This document shows, piece by piece, positions 8,268-18,552 of a stretch of DNA of 64,000 nt (the stretch's first letter is position 1; the number at the start of each line of letters is the position of its first letter). This DNA is from an uncultured Acidobacteriota bacterium (GTDB taxonomy: Bacteria > Acidobacteriota > UBA6911): positions 32,001 to 96,000 of the forward strand of contig CAWHCF010000014.1 in NCBI GenBank assembly GCA_963827655.1, written 5' to 3'. The notes beneath the pieces were generated by a model that had not been told where the DNA came from, made no database searches, and saw nothing but the letters and a program-made list of their open reading frames with translations. The position numbers and the translations under genes were made by a program.

Positions 8268-9215
8268 CTAGCGCGAATTCATCAGGGTAGTAGCCACGCG
8301 GACGGCTTGCTCGGCCTCGGGCGGACCGAGCACTTCCGGATGGAGTATGCGAGCGAGTATTTCCGCGCCATCGACCACTCTCGGCCCGGGACGGCTGAAG
8401 TAAGCCGAGGCATCCGTCGCCCACACCTGTCCATTGCGCACCGCAGGAAGATCTTCCCACCCGTCAGGCAGCCGCGACCGGGGTAACGCGCGAAGAATAT
8501 CCTCTTTGTAGTAACCGCAAGGAATCAGAACAATGACTTCCGGCGCGTAGCTCCGAATCTCTTCTGCGGTCGTGGTCACGGACGGCTGGCCGGCGCGCCC
8601 GAACGCCTCGTCTCCTCCGGCGATTGCCACCTGTTCGGGAACCCAGTGCCCCGGCGCGAAAGGGGGCTCGAGCCACTCGAGCATCAATGTCCGCGGTCGA
8701 TGCTCGATCTCCTGGAGCGCGCCGGCAAGCGCTTCGAGCCGCGCGTTCAGTTGCGCCACCAGGCCGGCAGCCTTCTCCGGCCGGCCGGTCACCTTTCCCA
8801 CAGTCTTGATGTTCTCCAGAATATCACCGACGGTATTGGGCTCGAGGGACAATACCTGGACCTCCCCTTCCAGAAGCCTGGCCGCCCGCTGAACCGTCTT
8901 GTAGCTGACGGCGCAAACATCGCAAAGTTCCTGGGTGAGTAGCAGGTCAGGTTTGAGACGGCGCAGCTGTTCCTCGTCGAGGTCGTATATGGAACCATGG
9001 CCATCCAGCTGGGTCCGGACGGCATGATCGATCTGGGCGCTCGTCATGGTCTCGTGGGAGATCCGGCTCGCGGTCAATCTCGGTTTACTCTGAACCAGCG
9101 GCGGATAATCGCATTCGTGCGTTATGCCGACGAGAGAGTCTTCGAGGCCAAGCGCGCACACTATTTCCGTGCACGAAGGGAGTAGCGAAACTATGCGCGG
9201 CGCCTCTCTGGTCAT
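8268..9215 (-). CDS. Cobalamin/Fe-siderophore type substrate-binding protein (BtuF-like), no signal peptide
   Basis: RIVSLLPSCTEIV, VGITHECDYP, LKPDLLLTQ, YFSRPGPR. Confidence 0.88.
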   Translation of the reverse strand: MTREAPRIVSLLPSCTEIVCALGLEDSLVGITHECDYPPLVQSKPRLTASRISHETMTSAQIDHAVRTQLDGHGSIYDLDEEQLRRLKPDLLLTQELCDVCAVSYKTVQRAARLLEGEVQVLSLEPNTVGDILENIKTVGKVTGRPEKAAGLVAQLNARLEALAGALQEIEHRPRTLMLEWLEPPFAPGHWVPEQVAIAGGDEAFGRAGQPSVTTTAEEIRSYAPEVIVLIPCGYYKEDILRALPRSRLPDGWEDLPAVRNGQVWATDASAYFSRPGPRVVDGAEILARILHPEVLGPPEAEQAVRVATTLMNSR

Positions 9216-9267
9216 ATTTCTTCCAGTGTGGGTTTCTTCGTGTCTTTGAGTCCTGGTGGTACTTGTT

Positions 9268-10728
9268 TTATCGTTCGTATGATTCGCGAAAGGCGCTTTC
9301 CGACAGAGGAATCAGGTAGCGCAGCGGATCGTGGACCATTCGTGTTCGCACCTCGCACAGGGCCTTGCCGCCCGCGTAGCTGACCGCGGAAGCAAGATGA
9401 CCGCGAATGCGGCGCAGGACGTCTACCACACTTCCTTTGTAGGGTACCTGCATCTCCTGACCTTCCGCAGGTGTTGACAGAAGCTCTTCCAGGCCTTGCG
9501 AATCCTCGGCGTCATATAGAGCCTCGAGCACTGCTTCCGGAGAGGTCATTCCGCGATAGAGCTTCTTTTTTTGTCCGGTGACTGGATCGATGATGATGTG
9601 TCCCGGCGCTTCATCCGTCCCGGACAGCATGCCCCCCAGCATCACGGACGAGGCGCCGCATGCAATCGCAAGAAAAAGATCCTTGTCGTTCTTAATCCCG
9701 CCATCGGAAATGATCGGTATATCGTCGCCTATGGCGCACCACACCTCTCGCACCGCCTGCAACTGGGGAATTCCGCATCCCGTCTCGAGACGGGTCCTGC
9801 ACCCGCGGCCGGGACCGATCCCAACTTTGATCCCATCCACACCCAGCTCCTTCAAGAATAGCGCCCCCTCGGCCGTTCCCACATTCCCCGCAATCAGCTC
9901 CGCGTCGGAGAATCGGTTACGGAATGCCTTCACCGCCTCGGCCATAACCTCGGAGTGGCCGTGGGCTATATCGATGACCAGTATATCTACCCCGGCCTGG
10001 ATCAGTTGCGCAGCCCGGTCGAGGAAATCGCCACGCGCCCCGATAGCCGCCCCTACCAGCAGGCGCCCCTTTTTGTCTTTGCTCGAGTACGGCCGCTGTC
10101 GTGAGAGGATCAGATCCTTTTTCGTGATCAATCCGCGAATGGTCCGATCCTTGTCGATGAGAGGAAGTTTCTCGATTCGCTTCTCGAACAGGATGCGTTC
10201 GGCCTCCGACGTGCTGATGTCCGGCGACCCGGTCGCCAGCCGGTCAACCGGAGTCATCAATTCCTCGACCTTCCGATCCTCTTGTCCGTCCGACCACGGC
10301 ATGTCGCGATTGGAAAGCAATCCAGCCAGCCGGTAACTCCCGGGAGTTTCCTCGATCAGAATGCCGGTAATGTTGTGCTGACGTGTAAAGAGGCGGGCCT
10401 CGTGAAGCGTAGCGGTGCGGGGCAGACAGAGAGGTTTCTCAACGATGTAACCGTAGCTGCGCTTGACCTGGCTCACCTCCTTTGCCTGCTCGGCAATGGT
10501 CATCCCCCGGTGAATCATGCCGACTCCCCCTTCCAGTGCCAGGGTCTTTGCCATCGCAGCGCCGGTGACACTATCCATGTTCGCCGACACGACCGGCAGT
10601 GAGATGTTGAGTTCACGGGACAAACGGCTGTTTAGATCGACTTGTTTCCGGCTTCGCACCACGCCGCACTGCGGCCGGAACAAGAAATCGTCAAAGGTTT
10701 TGCCCAGGAATTCCGCTTCCATCTTCAT
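9268..10728 (-). CDS. IMP dehydrogenase / GMP reductase family enzyme with CBS pair (probably GMP-reductase-like)
   Basis: TFDD, SANMDSVT, CBS domains, DIAHGHS, catalytic loop GIGPGRGCRTR, DGGI, YRGMTS, AEG. The flap lacks the Arg-Tyr dyad. Confidence 0.85.
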   Translation of the reverse strand: MKMEAEFLGKTFDDFLFRPQCGVVRSRKQVDLNSRLSRELNISLPVVSANMDSVTGAAMAKTLALEGGVGMIHRGMTIAEQAKEVSQVKRSYGYIVEKPLCLPRTATLHEARLFTRQHNITGILIEETPGSYRLAGLLSNRDMPWSDGQEDRKVEELMTPVDRLATGSPDISTSEAERILFEKRIEKLPLIDKDRTIRGLITKKDLILSRQRPYSSKDKKGRLLVGAAIGARGDFLDRAAQLIQAGVDILVIDIAHGHSEVMAEAVKAFRNRFSDAELIAGNVGTAEGALFLKELGVDGIKVGIGPGRGCRTRLETGCGIPQLQAVREVWCAIGDDIPIISDGGIKNDKDLFLAIACGASSVMLGGMLSGTDEAPGHIIIDPVTGQKKKLYRGMTSPEAVLEALYDAEDSQGLEELLSTPAEGQEMQVPYKGSVVDVLRRIRGHLASAVSYAGGKALCEVRTRMVHDPLRYLIPLSESAFRESYER

Positions 10729-10837
10729 GCGCGCTTGATTATCACCGTTAACGCAGCAAGACGCGAAGAAAATTGTTTGCAAGTCCTCCGGATTCCTGCG
10801 TCATCCATCCAGTTAAACACGAAACCAGGAGGACCCT

Positions 10838-12089
10838 ATGCATCTAAGGATCATTTTATCTTCAACAGGCGCTGCGATCTTGAGCACGCTCCTGTTTGCA
10901 GGAACTCAAAGGAGTGAACAGCCGGCTCCCTGGGCGCCGGCAGTTCGACCGCAACCAGTTAGCGAAAGCATTCGACGAGGGCTTGACTGGCTCGTCCGCA
11001 CCCAGCACGAAAACGGCGGCTGGAGCCAGGGGGAGGAGTCTATCGGGATGCGCAACAGCATGATTTATCTGAGAGACAAGCCTAATGTTGCCGACACGTG
11101 CATGGCGACTCTCGCGCTCATGCGCGCCGGCTCGACTCCGTCGCAAGGTGAATACGGCCGGGCCATCCGCCGGGCACTCGACTTTCTCTCCGCGGAGGTA
11201 GAGAATTCCGACCCAATGTCGCTTTACGTCACAAATGTCCGTGATACACGCGTGCAGAGCAAGCTCGGGCCCTATATCGACACCTTCCTCACCGCTCTGG
11301 TGCTGGCCGAATCGAAGGGCAGGATGCCCGATGAAACTGGAAACAAGCGAATCGCGGCGTCTCTCAATAAGGTGATCGACAAGATCGAAAGGAACCAGCA
11401 GGCCGATGGCACCTGGGACAAGCGCGGCTGGGCGCCGGTTCTTTCGCAATCGATGGCTGCGAAAGCCTTGAATCGCGCAGCGCAGGCAGGAGTCCCGGTC
11501 AGCGAAGAGATTCGAGCGAAAGCCGAGCTCTATGCGCGCCGGCAGTTCGATGGCAAGTCAGGCCGCTTCACTGAAGCGGGATCCGCCGGCGTGCCGCTGT
11601 ACTCGAGCGCCGCCAGTCTTGGAGCCATGCAGGACTCGGAGAACACAAACCGGGAGCGCGAGCGCGAAATTCTTAAGCAGCTCCACGACGCCCGAAGCGA
11701 AGAGGAACGGCAGTCGGCCCAACGGGCTCTCGCCGGCATCGCCGGAAACAGGAAAGATCTGGCGGATGCCCGGACTGCCGTGGCTCAGAAAATCGGAGAC
11801 CAGCGCTTCGTCCAGGGATTCGGCTCCAATGGCGGAGAGGAGTTTCTCAGTTACATGAGTATCGGAGAAAGTCTGGTGGCTCAAGGGGGAGAAGAATGGG
11901 AGAAGTGGAACACGTCGTATTACTCAGAATCTTAGCCGCATTCAGAATCAGGACGGCAGCTGGACCGGCCACCACTGCATCACGGGCCGGAATTTCTGCA
12001 CCGCGGCGGCACTCCTGGTCCTGACCGTCGACCGGACCGCTGCTCCCCTTGGCGGACGGACTCAGAGCCGGCCGACAGCAAACCGTTGA
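10838..12089 (+). CDS. Secreted prenyltransferase/squalene-cyclase-repeat (alpha6-alpha6 barrel) protein; frameshift near 11918
   Basis: Signal peptide and QW motifs QHENGGW and QQADGTW. A shifted frame continues ITQNLSRIQNQDGSWTGHHCITGRNFCTAAALLVL to TGA at 12089. Confidence 0.75.
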
Positions 12090-12121
12090 TCGGGAATTCA
12101 AGCACACAACGCCGCGCGCCC

Positions 12122-13351
12122 ATGCACAGACGTAACTTTATCGCGCTCGCGACGCTCGGCATCACTGAGACGGCTTGCAGGCTGCGCCGCGACCCTTCCG
12201 GGCTCGCGGCGCGGGCCGACCAGGCGCTGGCGGCTGCAGCCCGATTCCTGATCTCGAATCAATCGCCCGACGGGTCGTGGCGCTCGAGCGTCTATGGAGA
12301 TTTACGCGACGGTCTCTCACTCACGCCACCGATCCTGAAGTGCCTCTTCTACAGCCCGGATTTCAACCACCAGGTTCGAAGTTCCTTCGGAAAGGGATTC
12401 GACTACCTGGTGCAAAGCGCAGAGGACGGCGCACCTGGCTCAGGCGCGAACCTGCTGCATCCGGTCTACACAGCATCGCTCTCATCGGTCGTAATCGGCT
12501 CCGCCAGCCGCGAGCCGAAGCACCTCAAGGCACAGACCGCCTGGCTTGACTGTCTGCTGCGATACAGGTTCAGCCGCGGCCTCGGATGGGAGCCGGGCGA
12601 CGGACCCTTCGGCGGGTGGGGCTATACCTCCCGCATTCCGGAAAAACCGAGGGGAGCAGAATCGCCTTATGAAGCCAATATCTCGGCGACCATCTTCGGC
12701 ATCGGCGCGCTGCGCCAGGCGGGAGTTCCGCCGTCTGATCCCGTATATCAGGAGATTCTGAGTTTCGTGAAACGCGCGCAGAATTTCGCCGATGCTGGAC
12801 GCGGCCGCGATTCACGCTTCGACGACGGCGGGTTCTTTTTTACCCCCTGCGACCCCCCGCGCAACAAGGCCGGCAGCGCGGGCACAGACAGGTCGGGCCG
12901 GGAACGCTACAATTCCTACGGGAGTGCGACGGCAGATGGGTTGCGGGCCCTGCTGCGCTGCGGGCTGCCGCGCGATGACCCGAGGGTACAAGCCGCCTAC
13001 CAGTGGTTGGCGAATCATTTCAGCGTCAGTAGCAACCCGGGAGCTTTTCCGAGCCAGCGGGAGGTCCTGCGCAATGCGACCTATTTCTACTACTGCTGGT
13101 CACTCGCGCACGCTCTTACGGCTATGGGTGTCGAGGAAGTGCGAACCGAGGAGGGATCCCTTAGATGGGCTGAAGTTCTGGCCGAAGAACTCATTCGACG
13201 TCAACAGAACGACGGCTTGTGGATAAACCGGTTTACCGATGCCAAGGAAGACGACCCTTTCGTGGCCACTTCCCTGGCTGCCGCCGCCCTCACTCACTGC
13301 CATTGGACGCTGAGCGGAGAAAGAAAGCCTCCATCCCGCTCGGGGTCTTAA
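12122..13351 (+). CDS. Tat-exported prenyltransferase/squalene-cyclase-repeat protein
   Basis: MHRRNFIAL twin-arginine signal, possibly with a lipobox Cys. Motifs QSPDGSW, GGWGY, DGGFFF, YFYYCWS, QQNDGLW. Confidence 0.78.
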   Translation: MHRRNFIALATLGITETACRLRRDPSGLAARADQALAAAARFLISNQSPDGSWRSSVYGDLRDGLSLTPPILKCLFYSPDFNHQVRSSFGKGFDYLVQSAEDGAPGSGANLLHPVYTASLSSVVIGSASREPKHLKAQTAWLDCLLRYRFSRGLGWEPGDGPFGGWGYTSRIPEKPRGAESPYEANISATIFGIGALRQAGVPPSDPVYQEILSFVKRAQNFADAGRGRDSRFDDGGFFFTPCDPPRNKAGSAGTDRSGRERYNSYGSATADGLRALLRCGLPRDDPRVQAAYQWLANHFSVSSNPGAFPSQREVLRNATYFYYCWSLAHALTAMGVEEVRTEEGSLRWAEVLAEELIRRQQNDGLWINRFTDAKEDDPFVATSLAAAALTHCHWTLSGERKPPSRSGS

Positions 13352-13424
13352 CCACGAAGACGCCAGGACGCGAAGAAGAGCACGGTTCTTGGTGTTTCTT
13401 CTGTGTCTTCGTGTCCTGGTGGTA
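13349..13424. repeat. Family-A intergenic hairpin
   Basis: TAACCACGAAGACGCCAGGACGCGAAGAA ... TTCTTCTGTGTCTTCGTGTCCTGGTGGTA; it begins in the stop codon TAA. Confidence 0.8.
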
Positions 13425-13510
13425 TTTTCGGCGCTAAACAAAGATCGAAGACGCAGCACTCGGTCAGACAGAACTACACTTTGAGGCCGATTTGATATTA
13501 ACTTAGTTCC

Positions 13511-14429
13511 GTGCGCGACAAGATTTACCTGGCCAGCTTCCTTCTGGGAGCGGGGGTCCTCTTATTCGTGGGGCGCGACCTGTTGCCGGCGTCCGTGCTG
13601 GTAACCTGGGGCCTCACGTTCGGAGGCACGACCTCGGTAGGGATCCTCCTGGTCGTCCTGTATCGGTTCCGGCTGGAACTACAGGCAAGCCGCCACGAGC
13701 TGGCGCGAACGGAAGCCGAGCTTAACTTCGCTCTCGGGGTGCAAAAAGCCCTATTCCCGCGCCACTTTCCCGACGGCGGCCTGGAGTTTGCCGCCGTCTG
13801 CATTCCGGCCCGGGGGGTTTCCGGGGATTATTACGACGTTCTTCAACTCCCCGACGGCCGTTTGATTATTGCCATCGCCGACATCAGCGGAAAGGGAATC
13901 CCTGCAGCAATCTTGATGGCTAACCTGCAAGCGCTGCTTCGAGCGCTGTCCAGCATCGGCGATTCGCCGGCCGATGTTTGCCGAAGGCTGAATCAGCATC
14001 TCAACCAGGTCATGGACGAATCCAGATTCGCGACCTTCTTCTATGCCGAATGGAAACCTGACGAACGGCGGCTGCGCTACGTCAATGCCGGCCATAACCC
14101 GCCGATCCTCCTCGACTCGGGCCCGCCCCGGCGGCTCAAAGAAGGCGGCATACCTCTTGGAATCTTTCCCGGTTCCGAATTCGAGATGGGCGAGGTACGT
14201 CTTAAGCCGAGCGATCTCCTGGTTCTCTATTCGGACGGCATCACCGAAGCCAAAGAAAACAGTGGCGAGGAGTTTGGAGACCAGCGTCTCGAGAACCTGA
14301 TTACGGCCAACCAAGAAAAACCTCTGCCGGAAATCCAGAGCCCAGATCCTGGAAGCCGTACGCGAATGGTCAGGGCAGGAAGTGGAGGATGACATGACAC
14401 TGGTCCTGGTGAGAGCCAAAGAGGATTGA
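13511..14429 (+). CDS. Membrane PP2C/SpoIIE-family Ser/Thr phosphatase; frameshift near 14340
   Basis: Two TM helices, VSGDYYD, ADISGKG, NAGH, YSDGITEA. The terminal DDMTLVLV motif lies in a shifted frame ending TGA at 14429. Confidence 0.88.
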
Positions 14430-14502
14430 CGATTTACGATTGACGATTGACGATTGATTCGAATCGAGATCGAGTCAATCGTCAATCGTCAATCGTAAAT
14501 CG
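14424..14502. repeat. Family-B heptamer hairpin (GATTGAC)n...(GTCAATC)n
   Basis: About five GATTGAC units, a short loop, then about four inverted units. It contains the upstream stop codon. Confidence 0.92.
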
Positions 14503-14516
14503 AAAGTGGGGCGCAC

Positions 14517-15002
14517 ATGAGAATTGGCAGACGTGGATTACTGGACCACCTGCGGTTGCTCGGTCCACTCTTCGCCCTGATCGGGGCGGTGTGGGCGCTT
14601 CGCATGATTCTCTCCGCGGCCGGAGCGACCGGCTGGCTCTTAGGGATTGTGAGCATGACGGCTGCGACCGCGGTGTGTGTCGTGTTGGCGGCATTTCTCA
14701 TCCACATTCGCAGATTCGGAAGCTATGCCAGCGTCGTCGCAGCCAGCCTGTTGTTGAGCGCCTGGGGGCAGCTCCTGATCATTGTATCAATTGTCTTCTC
14801 GGTGCTGACCGGCCAGGAAAATATTTACACTGCGCCCGAATTCTCCATTCCGGGAGATGACCCTCTTCATCTTCGGCATATCGTCGGCCATCTTATAGTG
14901 AGTGTACCGATCGGGACGCTGGTCGGCGCCGTCGAGGGCTGTGTTGTATTGTGGCTATTGCGCATTGTAATGCCGGCGCGCCCGCGTCTCAAACACGGAT
15001 AA
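14517..15002 (+). CDS. Hypothetical membrane protein (4 TM)
   Basis: 161-aa ORF with four hydrophobic segments, co-oriented with its neighbours. Confidence 0.7.
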   Translation: MRIGRRGLLDHLRLLGPLFALIGAVWALRMILSAAGATGWLLGIVSMTAATAVCVVLAAFLIHIRRFGSYASVVAASLLLSAWGQLLIIVSIVFSVLTGQENIYTAPEFSIPGDDPLHLRHIVGHLIVSVPIGTLVGAVEGCVVLWLLRIVMPARPRLKHG

Positions 15003-15003
15003 C

Positions 15004-15106
15004 CGGGAGCTGGGAGCGCGGTGAGATCTGGAGGCGTCCAGGTTCTATCGACGCAATCCAGCCGGGCTCGATCCAAAAACCTCCGACTTTCCGCGCCCGA
15101 CTCTCG
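15004..15106. repeat. Degenerate heptamer-type hairpin
   Basis: CGGGAGCTGGGAGCGCGGTGAGATCTGGAGG ... CCTCCGACTTTCCGCGCCCGACTCTCG, directly after the stop codon. Confidence 0.45.
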
Positions 15107-15135
15107 TCTAACCGTATTCCGGTCAGGAGCTGCCG

Positions 15136-17592
15136 ATGGAAACTCTCGTGAGCGATCTCAAGCACGCCTTCCGCATGCTGCGGCACACCCCCGCATTCAC
15201 CGCCGCCGCTATCTCGGCGCTCGCCTTCGGCATCGGCGCCAACAGCGCCATCTTCTCGGTCGTCAACACGGTGCTCCTGAAACCCTTGCCCTTTCCCGAG
15301 CCGGACCGCATCGTCCAGCTCATGAACAAGTCCCCGCAGGGCACGTTTCCCGGCGCGTCAGTCCCGAAATACAACGTCTGGCGCGCCCAGAATCAGGTCA
15401 TCGAAGACGTCGCCGCCTATGACACCGGCGGTCCCGGCATTAACATCGCGGGCGGCGACCGTCCCGAACAGGTCAATGGCATTCATGTCTCGCACGAGTT
15501 CTTCCGGCTCTTCGGCGCTCCGGTTCTCTTCGGCCGGACCTTCTCCCCCGACGAGGACCGGCCCCGCGGCGACCGCGCGGTCGTGCTCTCGAACGGCCTC
15601 TGGCAGCGCCGCTTCGGCTCGGATCCCTCCATCCTTGGCAAAGCCATTGCCCTCGGCGGCGAGTCCCACACCATCGTCGGCGTCCTCGGTCCCGGCTTCG
15701 CCTTCGACCCTCCCCCCGATCTCTACCTTCCCTTCCAGGCCGACCCTAACAGCAACCAGCAAGCCCACTACTTCCGCGTTGCCGCGCGCTTGAAGAACGG
15801 CGTGAGCCTCGAGACCGCCCGGGCCGCGCTCCATCTCGCCGCCGAAGAATTCAAGCGCAGACACCCCGGACTCCTCGGACCCGACAACAGCTTCTCAGTC
15901 GATCCAATGCAGGAAGTCATTGTTCGCAACGTCCGGACCGCGCTCTTCGTCCTGCTTGGCGCCGTCGGCTTCGTCCTGCTGATCGCCTGCGCCAATGTGG
16001 CCAACCTGCTTCTTGCCCGCGCCTCCGTGCGCTCGCGCGAGATCGCCATCCGCGCCGCCCTCGGCGCCGGTCGTGGGCGCATCGTGCGCCAGCTTCTAAC
16101 CGAGAGTGTGCTGCTCGCCATGATCGGCGGCCTGCTTGGCCTGGCTCTCGGCGCGGTCGGAGTACGCGCGCTGCTGGCTCTGAATTCCGCCAACCTGCCG
16201 CGCATCGGCATCGACGGATCCGCCGTAACCCTCGACTGGATTGTGCTTGCCTTCACTCTTTTCCTCTCTCTCGGGACTGGCATCCTGTTCGGCCTCGTCC
16301 CCGCCCTTTACGCCTCGCGCGCCGACCTCAACGGGCCGCTCAAGGAAAGCGGCGCCCGGTCGGGCTCCAGCATCCGCCAGAACAAGGCGCGCAGCCTGCT
16401 TGTCGTCGCCGAAATGGCCCTCGCCATCGTGCTTCTCACCGGCGCCGGCCTGCTCATTCGCACGTTCGCCGCCCTCCACACGGTGGCTCCGGGTTTTGAA
16501 GCTCGCAACGTCATCACGCTGCAGACGTCTCTGACCGGGAGCCGATTCGACAACACTGCCGCCATTGCCGATCTCGCCCGGCGAGGCATCGAACGAATCG
16601 AAGCCCTCCCCGGCGCGCAGGCCGCTGCTGCCGCCTGCTATCTTCCCCTGGAAGGCGGTCTCGGACTCCCCTTCATCATCGAAGGCCGTCCCCTGGCCAA
16701 CGCTCCCGCGCACGGTGGGGCCGGTTGGGCCTACGTTACCCACCGTTTCTTCGATGTCTTCAAGGTGGCCATCGTCCGCGGCCGCGGCTTCACCGAACGC
16801 GATGACGCTGCCGCCCCCGGCGTCGTCCTCGTCAACGGAGCCTTTGCCCGCCAGTACTGGCCCAAGGATAACCCGATCGGCCAGCGCCTCATCATCGGCC
16901 CCGGCATGGGTCCCGCCTTCGCCGAACCCTCGCGTGAAATCATCGGCATCGTCGCCGACGCCCGCGACGCCGGTCTCAACAGCAACCCCGTCCCGCAAAT
17001 GTTCGTCCCTCTGGCGCAGGTTCGCGACGCCGTCATGGCCCTGAACAATCGCTTCCTTCCGCTCTCCTGGGTGGTTCGCACCCACGCCGCCCCGCTCTCC
17101 CTCTCCGCTCCCATCCAGCGCGTCTTCCAGGATCTCGCCGACCTCCCGGTCGCCCGAGTCCGCTCGATGGACCAGGTCGTCGCCCAATCCACCTCCCGCA
17201 ATCAGTTCAACACACTTCTGCTCGGCGTCTTCGCCTTTGTCGCCATCCTGCTCGCGTCCATCGGCCTGTACGGCCTGATGGCCTACTCCGTTGAGCAGCG
17301 AACTCTCGAATTCGGCATCCGGCTCGCCCTCGGCGCCGATTCCCAGGCTCTCCGCAACATGATCATGCGCCAGGCTATGAAGCTCGCACTGGCTGGGATT
17401 CTCGTCGGCACGGCAACCGCGCTCGGTCTTACCCGACTTATCGAGACCATGCTGTATGGAGTAAGTCCGAGAGATCCCTTCGTCTTTTCTTCGGTAGCGA
17501 TCCTGCTCGGAGCCGTCGCTCTTCTCGCGAGCTATCTGCCCGCGCGTCGCGTCGTCCGCATCAACCCCATCGTTGCGCTTCGTTATGAATGA
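15136..17592 (+). CDS. ADOP-family duplicated (MacB/FtsX) ABC permease
   Basis: [45 protein letters not shown], two MacB_PCD/FtsX units, C-terminal INPIVALRYE. Confidence 0.93.
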   Translation: METLVSDLKHAFRMLRHTPAFTAAAISALAFGIGANSAIFSVVNTVLLKPLPFPEPDRIVQLMNKSPQGTFPGASVPKYNVWRAQNQVIEDVAAYDTGGPGINIAGGDRPEQVNGIHVSHEFFRLFGAPVLFGRTFSPDEDRPRGDRAVVLSNGLWQRRFGSDPSILGKAIALGGESHTIVGVLGPGFAFDPPPDLYLPFQADPNSNQQAHYFRVAARLKNGVSLETARAALHLAAEEFKRRHPGLLGPDNSFSVDPMQEVIVRNVRTALFVLLGAVGFVLLIACANVANLLLARASVRSREIAIRAALGAGRGRIVRQLLTESVLLAMIGGLLGLALGAVGVRALLALNSANLPRIGIDGSAVTLDWIVLAFTLFLSLGTGILFGLVPALYASRADLNGPLKESGARSGSSIRQNKARSLLVVAEMALAIVLLTGAGLLIRTFAALHTVAPGFEARNVITLQTSLTGSRFDNTAAIADLARRGIERIEALPGAQAAAAACYLPLEGGLGLPFIIEGRPLANAPAHGGAGWAYVTHRFFDVFKVAIVRGRGFTERDDAAAPGVVLVNGAFARQYWPKDNPIGQRLIIGPGMGPAFAEPSREIIGIVADARDAGLNSNPVPQMFVPLAQVRDAVMALNNRFLPLSWVVRTHAAPLSLSAPIQRVFQDLADLPVARVRSMDQVVAQSTSRNQFNTLLLGVFAFVAILLASIGLYGLMAYSVEQRTLEFGIRLALGADSQALRNMIMRQAMKLALAGILVGTATALGLTRLIETMLYGVSPRDPFVFSSVAILLGAVALLASYLPARRVVRINPIVALRYE

Positions 17593-17745
17593 ATTGGTGA
17601 CAAGGCGTCCTTTGAGTCTTCGAGTCTTAGTGGTTAAGTTTCTGAACCATCCTCTCGCGAAATTGGGGAAAGGGTAGCCTGTCACCAATGAAAAGTGTAT
17701 TATCCAGGGATTGTAAAGGAATGAAGTTCTCAAGAGGAGAGCGGC

Positions 17746-18546
17746 ATGAGGTCGTTACCGGGTGTTCTCTTGATCTTGCTGGGTGCCGGGGCACTAATGG
17801 CCGGAAATGATAATCCAATCAGGGTGCTTCTCTGGTCGGAGCAGACCGAGCCGCGTGAGGTCTACCCGCATGGAATCAGCGGCACCCTCAACGAATACTT
17901 CAAGACCAGTAAAGACATTGACCCTAAGATGGCCACGCTCACGGACCCTGACGCCGGGGTTCCCGACAGCGTATTAAACCAGACCGACGTGGTAATCTGG
18001 TTCGGCCATCGGAAACATCGTGATGTGCCCGATGCGGCCGTCGAACGGATTGTCCGGCACGTGCGGGAGAGAGGGATGGGATTCGTTGCCCTGCATTCTT
18101 CTCACTTCTCGAAACCGCTGAAGGCTCTTTTGAATGCTACGGGAGCATGGAGCTCCTATGTCAATTTCGCGCAGCCCGAGCAGCTTTGGGTCGTCTTGCC
18201 GGGACATCCAATCGCCAGGGGGCTGCAGGATTTTACGATTCCAAGAACCGAGATCTACACCGAGCCTTTTGAGGTTCCCGAGCCCGAAGCAGTCATCCTG
18301 GAGGGGACCTGGTCCTCGGGCCATCGAAGCCGGGAGTGCATGGTCTGGAGCCTCGGCAAAGGACGTCTGGTTTATATTCGAGCCGGACACGAAGAGTATC
18401 CTATATTTTTCATGCCCGAGATGCGCCAGCTGGTGAACAACTCCACCCTGTGGGCGGCCGGAAGAACCAAGGCGCCCAACAATCTCGAGAAACGAAATGC
18501 CGGTCCGGCTGCAACGGCCACCGGGCCTTACAAAAAACCTCAGTGA
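17746..18546 (+). CDS. ThuA-like (class I glutamine amidotransferase-fold) secreted protein
   Basis: Signal peptide, VLLWSE, VYPHGI, WFGH, GMGFVALHSSHFSK, HPIARG, GH. Confidence 0.85.
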   Translation: MRSLPGVLLILLGAGALMAGNDNPIRVLLWSEQTEPREVYPHGISGTLNEYFKTSKDIDPKMATLTDPDAGVPDSVLNQTDVVIWFGHRKHRDVPDAAVERIVRHVRERGMGFVALHSSHFSKPLKALLNATGAWSSYVNFAQPEQLWVVLPGHPIARGLQDFTIPRTEIYTEPFEVPEPEAVILEGTWSSGHRSRECMVWSLGKGRLVYIRAGHEEYPIFFMPEMRQLVNNSTLWAAGRTKAPNNLEKRNAGPAATATGPYKKPQ

Positions 18547-18552
18547 AACACG

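Noticed and set aside
14424-14502. CRISPR array (also considered for 59058-59146 and the family-A repeats)
   Set aside because: The units are 6-9 nt, tandem and inverted, with no unique spacers, and there are no cas genes.
16096-17733. Long antisense ORFs (also 904-1905, 36055-37281, 46946-48292, 48737-49960)
   Set aside because: They are shadow ORFs opposite well-supported genes in GC-rich DNA, with no recognisable motifs.
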